From Tubulanus polymorphus (lineage: Eukaryota > Animalia > Nemertea), in assembly GCF_964204645.1 (NCBI RefSeq), contig NW_027437431.1:1-64000 (forward strand): a DNA stretch of 64,000 nt, read 5' to 3'. Shown in pieces: positions 38,660 to 46,776 of the stretch (position 1 is its first letter; the number at the start of each line of letters is the position of its first letter). The notes below the pieces were generated by a model, which made no database searches, had not been told where the DNA came from, and saw nothing but the letters and a program-made list of their open reading frames with translations. The position numbers and the translations under genes are program-made.

Positions 38660-39742
38660 ATGCCATCGTTGAAACGGAGGCGAAACGGATTTACATTGCC
38701 CGGTTTACCACATTGCGGTCCATTCAACGATATATCCAGTTACAAAAGCGAAGGAATAGACGAAGTGTGCCGTATTCACGACAAAGAGTACGGAGAACTG
38801 CAAGAGAAATACGGTAAATGGGCTCCGTACTTCCAGTACAATTCAGCGGATCAGACATTTTTGGACAGTGCTTCGGGTGTGAACGGTGTAGGTGCGAGAC
38901 TAACGTCGAGTGTATTCAGAGCAAAACGGGCGTTATTTCCAACAATGGCGGAAGAACCGGCATTAAAAAGATCAAAGAGAACGGCGGAAACGGGGAGCGA
39001 AGAAGGGAACGCCCAACAAATGATGACTCACATGACGGAAAAGCCGTCACTACACTATAAGAGCGTGTTAATACATAGAGGTTACCTAACGTTTACGAAT
39101 TGGGATCCGGACCAGGCGTACGGAGCATTCGGAAGAAAAGCGAAGATTTACTGTTCGGGAATGAGAACGTTTAACTTCGGATTAAAAGAAAGAGAAGGAT
39201 GGAGAAGATTTCCAGCCAGCATGGATACCATAGGGATGTGGGATCAATTCAAAGTGACTTCGGGTAAAATAACGTTATACCCCATAGCGAGCGAAAGCGC
39301 GGTAAGCTCTGATTCGAACGCGTTCCAAGATCCGATAGTATGGTTAAAGACGGCAGCCGATTGGGACTTGAAAGTGAAAGACTCGGCCGCCAATACTCAC
39401 CAGGGATCGCCGTACGCCGATATAAATTTATTAACTCAAAAGCAAAGCTACAGGCAATACGAATTAGGTCGGGGATGCGTTAGCATGGGATTACCCATGT
39501 CGACCATAAGAACCGAAATACAAGACACGAGTGACCCGACAGACGTTACCAGATCGGTGAATATCGGGGATAACTCGGCGTGGTTAGACGGAGCGTACCG
39601 CGATCATTGGCAATCAGCCGCGCTCATTATGCAAATGTTAGTGTACAACGATTCGATACACGCGGATTTAAACACGCCCCATACAGAAATTATCGTTCCA
39701 GCGGAAGTGGAGTTTACGATGATTCATAGAAACAGAGTATAA
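38660..39742 (+). CDS. Putative capsid protein with N-terminal parvovirus VP1u-type phospholipase A2 (copy 1)
   Basis: GFTLPGLPHCGPFN (Ca-loop), DEVCRIHDKEY (HDxxY) and PYFQYNSADQTFL. Basic NLS-like runs KRRR and KRSKR. WDQFKVTSGKITLYP resembles a CRESS jelly-roll strand motif. Confidence 0.8.
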   Translation: MPSLKRRRNGFTLPGLPHCGPFNDISSYKSEGIDEVCRIHDKEYGELQEKYGKWAPYFQYNSADQTFLDSASGVNGVGARLTSSVFRAKRALFPTMAEEPALKRSKRTAETGSEEGNAQQMMTHMTEKPSLHYKSVLIHRGYLTFTNWDPDQAYGAFGRKAKIYCSGMRTFNFGLKEREGWRRFPASMDTIGMWDQFKVTSGKITLYPIASESAVSSDSNAFQDPIVWLKTAADWDLKVKDSAANTHQGSPYADINLLTQKQSYRQYELGRGCVSMGLPMSTIRTEIQDTSDPTDVTRSVNIGDNSAWLDGAYRDHWQSAALIMQMLVYNDSIHADLNTPHTEIIVPAEVEFTMIHRNRV

Positions 39743-39743
39743 T

Positions 39744-40052
39744 ATGATAATAACTTTCCTATTCTTGGCATCCGGTTTCCTACACGAGTACAAGTGGCAC
39801 GTATATACTAAACGTATCATGAGTAGAACGCAACGATTCATGAAAATAAGAGACGAAGTGGCGAACGAGTGGGTCATCAAACACGACGTCAACGAAAATC
39901 GGGTACTAAGGGAACAACACATTACAGAAGTAGCGAAAAGGATATTCTACTACCGGGAAAAACAATGGGAACTAAGTCGAGAAACTGGTCGTTCACAACC
40001 GACAATCGAGCAGAAGTCTGCCTCGAAAGTCAAATCGGAACGTCAACAGTAA
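39744..40052 (+). CDS. Small accessory ORF with a hydrophobic N-terminus, overlapping the Rep start (copy 1; present in all 8 copies)
   Basis: ATG lies 1 nt after the capsid stop (TAA-T-ATG). Starts MIITFLFLASGFL, then a charged helical-looking tail. Confidence 0.5.
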   Translation: MIITFLFLASGFLHEYKWHVYTKRIMSRTQRFMKIRDEVANEWVIKHDVNENRVLREQHITEVAKRIFYYREKQWELSRETGRSQPTIEQKSASKVKSERQQ

Positions 40053-41368
40053 CCGTACACATAGGTCCGCAAGAAGATCCGGACGGTTACGCGCACGGAG
40101 TAATAATAACGTTAGCCAAAGGTACGCAACGACCGTTGAAACAGAGCGAAAACGCGATTAGACAACTGTTACACTCGCTAGGCATTAGATTAGTTAACGA
40201 CTACATCAAACCGACGGAAAAATTAGGCGCCTACATTCAATACATGTACAAAGAAGCCGACAAAATACCGGAAGAATTACGAGGTCACTTGGAGGTGAAA
40301 AACTCGAAAACGAACGACGACTTTTTCGGCCAAAAGATAAACGCGTTATACGCGGAATACCAACAAAGACCGGGACTAGCCGATTGGACGGCGAGAATAG
40401 TGAAGGAGTTCGGTTACAACGTACCCGAACTGAAAGTGAAAAGATCGTTTAAAAATTGGCCGGTAAGGGTAAAAGATATTACGAGAAACGCGGGTGACTT
40501 TGCGTTGAAAATGACGGACATAACAGAGCCGAAATTGACGCCGGAAATGGGAGTAGAAATTATAACGAAATGCCTGGATAACGTTCAATCGGCGATGTGG
40601 GATGGTAAACATATAAATAAACGTGACCTGCTGGTAATATTGGTGAACGCGGCGATCGAGGGAGGTACGAGTAAAATCAGAAACGCGCCTCATATAATAT
40701 TTTACGGAGATGCCGGGTCTGGTAAATCGATGTTGGCTAAATTATTGTTCCCGGATTCGATTACGAGCCAAATGCCGACGGATTCGGAAGGCGTAGGAGC
40801 GTGCGAGATGGGAGGAGGACAACGTATATTCAAAGTCGACGACGCCAGCGACGCTTTTTGGCACAACTCGGGGTTGTTGTCGATGATACTCGCGATGTAC
40901 CAGTCCACCTGGGAGGCAAAAGTACATTCTAGTAAACAAAGTAACCCGCCGTGTATGACGGTAATTACGACGAATTGTAAGAATCCGTTAGAGAAGTTCG
41001 CCTCTACAGTAGCTTTGGAAGCTGTGGAAAGGAGATTCTTGTCGGTGTATTTCAAAGGTAAAGCAGATTTGGGAAACGTAGTTTACGACATTACGCCGGG
41101 CGTATGCGAAGAAATATTAGAAATAATAGTTAACGAAATTAGACAAGGTAGATATCTGGACAACCAAGTCCACTTGGACGACTGGGAAACGGATGATGAC
41201 GTGGTGATACCGTTCGAAAAAGAAAGAAACTTCATCGAAGCGTACCACGTAGGTCACATGTCGGACGCGATGCATCAGAATATGGAGGAAAGGTTAAAAC
41301 GTAAACGTAAAGAAGAAGACGATACGAATGAAACTCTTAAGTTCGCTAAACGCGGGGAAATCCTGTAG
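39965..41368 (+). CDS. rep: Replication initiator Rep: HUH endonuclease plus SF3 helicase (copy 1)
   Basis: Motif I RNWSFTTDN, motif II-like GYAHGVI, motif III YMYKE. Walker A GDAGSGKS, Walker B FKVDD, motif C VITTN, Arg finger AVERRF. The first ATG (acaATGg) is at 39965; the track start at 39869 is GTG. Confidence 0.85.
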   Translation: MGTKSRNWSFTTDNRAEVCLESQIGTSTVTVHIGPQEDPDGYAHGVIITLAKGTQRPLKQSENAIRQLLHSLGIRLVNDYIKPTEKLGAYIQYMYKEADKIPEELRGHLEVKNSKTNDDFFGQKINALYAEYQQRPGLADWTARIVKEFGYNVPELKVKRSFKNWPVRVKDITRNAGDFALKMTDITEPKLTPEMGVEIITKCLDNVQSAMWDGKHINKRDLLVILVNAAIEGGTSKIRNAPHIIFYGDAGSGKSMLAKLLFPDSITSQMPTDSEGVGACEMGGGQRIFKVDDASDAFWHNSGLLSMILAMYQSTWEAKVHSSKQSNPPCMTVITTNCKNPLEKFASTVALEAVERRFLSVYFKGKADLGNVVYDITPGVCEEILEIIVNEIRQGRYLDNQVHLDDWETDDDVVIPFEKERNFIEAYHVGHMSDAMHQNMEERLKRKRKEEDDTNETLKFAKRGEIL

Positions 41369-41379
41369 TTGGCAATGTA

Positions 41380-41385
41380 AATAAA
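41380..41385 (+). terminator. Polyadenylation signal after Rep (repeated every 3406 bp)
   Basis: AATAAA 11 nt after the Rep stop codon. Confidence 0.55.
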
Positions 41386-41425
41386 TCTATAAATAGAATT
41401 CTATAAATTTCTCAATTCGTTACTA

Positions 41426-41539
41426 CCAGTGGACCCGCAGACCCGCGGACCCACTGGCTGTTCGTTTTTCATGGTCTACCCCCCCTTATATATATAATAA
41501 GGAAAGAGAAGGAGGGTCCGCGGGTCCGCGGGTCTGCGG
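41426..41539. promoter_or_regulatory. Candidate origin/promoter: inverted 8-bp iterons flanking an AT-rich hairpin
   Basis: GGACCCGC-AGACCCGC-GGACCC, then CCTTAT[ATATATA]ATAAGG, then GGGTCCGC-GGGTCCGC-GGGTCTGC. 41435-41452 is the exact reverse complement of 41522-41539. Confidence 0.6.
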
Positions 41540-41620
41540 TATTCTCTAAACCGAGAATCGAAAAGTTAATGAAACTAGGTCGGAAAGATAACAAATTATT
41601 ATTCAATATATCCTAAAGCT

Positions 41621-41676
41621 TCTACGAGGTTGGTCACGCGCTCGCTACGCTCGCCAGCGTGACACAACCTCGTGGA
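41621..41676. promoter_or_regulatory. Long stem-loop in the viral intergenic region
   Basis: TCTACGAGGTTG-GTCACGC pairs with GCGTGAC-A-CAACCTCGTGGA (about 19 bp). Loop GCTCGCTACGCTCGCCA. Confidence 0.6.
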
Positions 41677-42065
41677 CGCTCCAAAGATAATGAGTATGTG
41701 CTTGATAATGAGTGAATTAATTGGGAACCCTATAGCGGGTAAAAGGTAAGAAGTAGAAATTATAGGGTTAGGGGTTATCATTATACTCGGATGCCCACAG
41801 CCCGTGGTGGTCTGTGACAGTGGAGGTTAGTTAAAGTTCGAGGCGTGTGACTAGTCGGGGGGAATAACATAGGCGGCTACGCCGCGATAGTTAGTCGGCA
41901 AGGTCGGCTGCGCCTCCGGCGGTACAGATTACATCTGAGTGTATTAGTCTACCAACGGAAGCCCAAACCCTAAATAATATTAGTCGGAAAAATCTGAGTT
42001 AGAGGGTCGCAACCGGTTCAAACAATTTAACATCTCATACAGGTGACTCGTACTTTTAGTATCAA

Positions 42066-43148
42066 ATGCCATCGTTGAAACGGAGGCGAAACGGATTTAC
42101 ATTGCCCGGTTTACCACATTGCGGTCCATTCAACGATATATCCAGTTACAAAAGCGAAGGAATAGACGAAGTGTGCCGTATTCACGACAAAGAGTACGGA
42201 GAACTGCAAGAGAAATACGGTAAATGGGCTCCGTACTTCCAGTACAATTCAGCGGATCAGACATTTTTGGACAGTGCTTCGGGTGTGAACGGTGTAGGTG
42301 CGAGACTAACGTCGAGTGTATTCAGAGCAAAACGGGCGTTATTTCCAACAATGGCGGAAGAACCGGCATTAAAAAGATCAAAGAGAACGGCGGAAACGGG
42401 GAGCGAAGAAGGGAACGCCCAACAAATGATGACTCACATGACGGAAAAGCCGTCACTACACTATAAGAGCGTGTTAATACATAGAGGTTACCTAACGTTT
42501 ACGAATTGGGATCCGGACCAGGCGTACGGAGCATTCGGAAGAAAAGCGAAGATTTACTGTTCGGGAATGAGAACGTTTAACTTCGGATTAAAAGAAAGAG
42601 AAGGATGGAGAAGATTTCCAGCCAGCATGGATACCATAGGGATGTGGGATCAATTCAAAGTGACTTCGGGTAAAATAACGTTATACCCCATAGCGAGCGA
42701 AAGCGCGGTAAGCTCTGATTCGAACGCGTTCCAAGATCCGATAGTATGGTTAAAGACGGCAGCCGATTGGGACTTGAAAGTGAAAGACTCGGCCGCCAAT
42801 ACTCACCAGGGATCGCCGTACGCCGATATAAATTTATTAACTCAAAAGCAAAGCTACAGGCAATACGAATTAGGTCGGGGATGCGTTAGCATGGGATTAC
42901 CCATGTCGACCATAAGAACCGAAATACAAGACACGAGTGACCCGACAGACGTTACCAGATCGGTGAATATCGGGGATAACTCGGCGTGGTTAGACGGAGC
43001 GTACCGCGATCATTGGCAATCAGCCGCGCTCATTATGCAAATGTTAGTGTACAACGATTCGATACACGCGGATTTAAACACGCCCCATACAGAAATTATC
43101 GTTCCAGCGGAAGTGGAGTTTACGATGATTCATAGAAACAGAGTATAA
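42066..43148 (+). CDS. PLA2-capsid, copy 2
   Basis: Translation identical to copy 1. Confidence 0.8.
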   Translation: MPSLKRRRNGFTLPGLPHCGPFNDISSYKSEGIDEVCRIHDKEYGELQEKYGKWAPYFQYNSADQTFLDSASGVNGVGARLTSSVFRAKRALFPTMAEEPALKRSKRTAETGSEEGNAQQMMTHMTEKPSLHYKSVLIHRGYLTFTNWDPDQAYGAFGRKAKIYCSGMRTFNFGLKEREGWRRFPASMDTIGMWDQFKVTSGKITLYPIASESAVSSDSNAFQDPIVWLKTAADWDLKVKDSAANTHQGSPYADINLLTQKQSYRQYELGRGCVSMGLPMSTIRTEIQDTSDPTDVTRSVNIGDNSAWLDGAYRDHWQSAALIMQMLVYNDSIHADLNTPHTEIIVPAEVEFTMIHRNRV

Positions 43149-43370
43149 TATGATAATAACTTTCCTATTCTTGGCATCCGGTTTCCTACACGAGTACAAG
43201 TGGCACGTATATACTAAACGTATCATGAGTAGAACGCAACGATTCATGAAAATAAGAGACGAAGTGGCGAACGAGTGGGTCATCAAACACGACGTCAACG
43301 AAAATCGGGTACTAAGGGAACAACACATTACAGAAGTAGCGAAAAGGATATTCTACTACCGGGAAAAACA

Positions 43371-44774
43371 ATGGGAACTAAGTCGAGAAACTGGTCGTTC
43401 ACAACCGACAATCGAGCAGAAGTCTGCCTCGAAAGTCAAATCGGAACGTCAACAGTAACCGTACACATAGGTCCGCAAGAAGATCCGGACGGTTACGCGC
43501 ACGGAGTAATAATAACGTTAGCCAAAGGTACGCAACGACCGTTGAAACAGAGCGAAAACGCGATTAGACAACTGTTACACTCGCTAGGCATTAGATTAGT
43601 TAACGACTACATCAAACCGACGGAAAAATTAGGCGCCTACATTCAATACATGTACAAAGAAGCCGACAAAATACCGGAAGAATTACGAGGTCACTTGGAG
43701 GTGAAAAACTCGAAAACGAACGACGACTTTTTCGGCCAAAAGATAAACGCGTTATACGCGGAATACCAACAAAGACCGGGACTAGCCGATTGGACGGCGA
43801 GAATAGTGAAGGAGTTCGGTTACAACGTACCCGAACTGAAAGTGAAAAGATCGTTTAAAAATTGGCCGGTAAGGGTAAAAGATATTACGAGAAACGCGGG
43901 TGACTTTGCGTTGAAAATGACGGACATAACAGAGCCGAAATTGACGCCGGAAATGGGAGTAGAAATTATAACGAAATGCCTGGATAACGTTCAATCGGCG
44001 ATGTGGGATGGTAAACATATAAATAAACGTGACCTGCTGGTAATATTGGTGAACGCGGCGATCGAGGGAGGTACGAGTAAAATCAGAAACGCGCCTCATA
44101 TAATATTTTACGGAGATGCCGGGTCTGGTAAATCGATGTTGGCTAAATTATTGTTCCCGGATTCGATTACGAGCCAAATGCCGACGGATTCGGAAGGCGT
44201 AGGAGCGTGCGAGATGGGAGGAGGACAACGTATATTCAAAGTCGACGACGCCAGCGACGCTTTTTGGCACAACTCGGGGTTGTTGTCGATGATACTCGCG
44301 ATGTACCAGTCCACCTGGGAGGCAAAAGTACATTCTAGTAAACAAAGTAACCCGCCGTGTATGACGGTAATTACGACGAATTGTAAGAATCCGTTAGAGA
44401 AGTTCGCCTCTACAGTAGCTTTGGAAGCTGTGGAAAGGAGATTCTTGTCGGTGTATTTCAAAGGTAAAGCAGATTTGGGAAACGTAGTTTACGACATTAC
44501 GCCGGGCGTATGCGAAGAAATATTAGAAATAATAGTTAACGAAATTAGACAAGGTAGATATCTGGACAACCAAGTCCACTTGGACGACTGGGAAACGGAT
44601 GATGACGTGGTGATACCGTTCGAAAAAGAAAGAAACTTCATCGAAGCGTACCACGTAGGTCACATGTCGGACGCGATGCATCAGAATATGGAGGAAAGGT
44701 TAAAACGTAAACGTAAAGAAGAAGACGATACGAATGAAACTCTTAAGTTCGCTAAACGCGGGGAAATCCTGTAG
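43371..44774 (+). CDS. rep: Rep (HUH + SF3 helicase), copy 2
   Basis: Translation identical to copy 1. Confidence 0.85.
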   Translation: MGTKSRNWSFTTDNRAEVCLESQIGTSTVTVHIGPQEDPDGYAHGVIITLAKGTQRPLKQSENAIRQLLHSLGIRLVNDYIKPTEKLGAYIQYMYKEADKIPEELRGHLEVKNSKTNDDFFGQKINALYAEYQQRPGLADWTARIVKEFGYNVPELKVKRSFKNWPVRVKDITRNAGDFALKMTDITEPKLTPEMGVEIITKCLDNVQSAMWDGKHINKRDLLVILVNAAIEGGTSKIRNAPHIIFYGDAGSGKSMLAKLLFPDSITSQMPTDSEGVGACEMGGGQRIFKVDDASDAFWHNSGLLSMILAMYQSTWEAKVHSSKQSNPPCMTVITTNCKNPLEKFASTVALEAVERRFLSVYFKGKADLGNVVYDITPGVCEEILEIIVNEIRQGRYLDNQVHLDDWETDDDVVIPFEKERNFIEAYHVGHMSDAMHQNMEERLKRKRKEEDDTNETLKFAKRGEIL

Positions 44775-45471
44775 TTGGCAATGTAAATAAATCTATAAAT
44801 AGAATTCTATAAATTTCTCAATTCGTTACTACCAGTGGACCCGCAGACCCGCGGACCCACTGGCTGTTCGTTTTTCATGGTCTACCCCCCCTTATATATA
44901 TAATAAGGAAAGAGAAGGAGGGTCCGCGGGTCCGCGGGTCTGCGGTATTCTCTAAACCGAGAATCGAAAAGTTAATGAAACTAGGTCGGAAAGATAACAA
45001 ATTATTATTCAATATATCCTAAAGCTTCTACGAGGTTGGTCACGCGCTCGCTACGCTCGCCAGCGTGACACAACCTCGTGGACGCTCCAAAGATAATGAG
45101 TATGTGCTTGATAATGAGTGAATTAATTGGGAACCCTATAGCGGGTAAAAGGTAAGAAGTAGAAATTATAGGGTTAGGGGTTATCATTATACTCGGATGC
45201 CCACAGCCCGTGGTGGTCTGTGACAGTGGAGGTTAGTTAAAGTTCGAGGCGTGTGACTAGTCGGGGGGAATAACATAGGCGGCTACGCCGCGATAGTTAG
45301 TCGGCAAGGTCGGCTGCGCCTCCGGCGGTACAGATTACATCTGAGTGTATTAGTCTACCAACGGAAGCCCAAACCCTAAATAATATTAGTCGGAAAAATC
45401 TGAGTTAGAGGGTCGCAACCGGTTCAAACAATTTAACATCTCATACAGGTGACTCGTACTTTTAGTATCAA

Positions 45472-46554
45472 ATGCCATCGTTGAAACGGAGGCGAAACGG
45501 ATTTACATTGCCCGGTTTACCACATTGCGGTCCATTCAACGATATATCCAGTTACAAAAGCGAAGGAATAGACGAAGTGTGCCGTATTCACGACAAAGAG
45601 TACGGAGAACTGCAAGAGAAATACGGTAAATGGGCTCCGTACTTCCAGTACAATTCAGCGGATCAGACATTTTTGGACAGTGCTTCGGGTGTGAACGGTG
45701 TAGGTGCGAGACTAACGTCGAGTGTATTCAGAGCAAAACGGGCGTTATTTCCAACAATGGCGGAAGAACCGGCATTAAAAAGATCAAAGAGAACGGCGGA
45801 AACGGGGAGCGAAGAAGGGAACGCCCAACAAATGATGACTCACATGACGGAAAAGCCGTCACTACACTATAAGAGCGTGTTAATACATAGAGGTTACCTA
45901 ACGTTTACGAATTGGGATCCGGACCAGGCGTACGGAGCATTCGGAAGAAAAGCGAAGATTTACTGTTCGGGAATGAGAACGTTTAACTTCGGATTAAAAG
46001 AAAGAGAAGGATGGAGAAGATTTCCAGCCAGCATGGATACCATAGGGATGTGGGATCAATTCAAAGTGACTTCGGGTAAAATAACGTTATACCCCATAGC
46101 GAGCGAAAGCGCGGTAAGCTCTGATTCGAACGCGTTCCAAGATCCGATAGTATGGTTAAAGACGGCAGCCGATTGGGACTTGAAAGTGAAAGACTCGGCC
46201 GCCAATACTCACCAGGGATCGCCGTACGCCGATATAAATTTATTAACTCAAAAGCAAAGCTACAGGCAATACGAATTAGGTCGGGGATGCGTTAGCATGG
46301 GATTACCCATGTCGACCATAAGAACCGAAATACAAGACACGAGTGACCCGACAGACGTTACCAGATCGGTGAATATCGGGGATAACTCGGCGTGGTTAGA
46401 CGGAGCGTACCGCGATCATTGGCAATCAGCCGCGCTCATTATGCAAATGTTAGTGTACAACGATTCGATACACGCGGATTTAAACACGCCCCATACAGAA
46501 ATTATCGTTCCAGCGGAAGTGGAGTTTACGATGATTCATAGAAACAGAGTATAA
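45472..46554 (+). CDS. PLA2-capsid, copy 3
   Basis: Translation identical to copy 1. Confidence 0.8.
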   Translation: MPSLKRRRNGFTLPGLPHCGPFNDISSYKSEGIDEVCRIHDKEYGELQEKYGKWAPYFQYNSADQTFLDSASGVNGVGARLTSSVFRAKRALFPTMAEEPALKRSKRTAETGSEEGNAQQMMTHMTEKPSLHYKSVLIHRGYLTFTNWDPDQAYGAFGRKAKIYCSGMRTFNFGLKEREGWRRFPASMDTIGMWDQFKVTSGKITLYPIASESAVSSDSNAFQDPIVWLKTAADWDLKVKDSAANTHQGSPYADINLLTQKQSYRQYELGRGCVSMGLPMSTIRTEIQDTSDPTDVTRSVNIGDNSAWLDGAYRDHWQSAALIMQMLVYNDSIHADLNTPHTEIIVPAEVEFTMIHRNRV

Positions 46555-46776
46555 TATGATAATAACTTTCCTATTCTTGGCATCCGGTTTCCTACACGAG
46601 TACAAGTGGCACGTATATACTAAACGTATCATGAGTAGAACGCAACGATTCATGAAAATAAGAGACGAAGTGGCGAACGAGTGGGTCATCAAACACGACG
46701 TCAACGAAAATCGGGTACTAAGGGAACAACACATTACAGAAGTAGCGAAAAGGATATTCTACTACCGGGAAAAACA

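Noticed and set aside
39869-39964. N-terminal 32 aa of the 499-aa Rep in the ORF track
   Set aside because: It starts at GTG. The first ATG (39965) has a good Kozak context and lies just before motif I, as is usual for CRESS Reps.
41763-41776. Telomere-like TAGGGTTAGGGG near the junction position
   Set aside because: Fewer than two perfect repeats, which can arise by chance.
39668-41781. Minus-strand ORFs of 60-117 aa in each unit, and the 80-aa + strand ORF at 38818
   Set aside because: They have no motifs and mostly shadow the main genes. Their recurrence only reflects the tandem repeat.
41975-41983. TAATATTAG, one mismatch from the geminivirus nonanucleotide TAATATTAC
   Set aside because: It is not enclosed by a stem and lacks the AC of the nick site, so it is not called as the origin.
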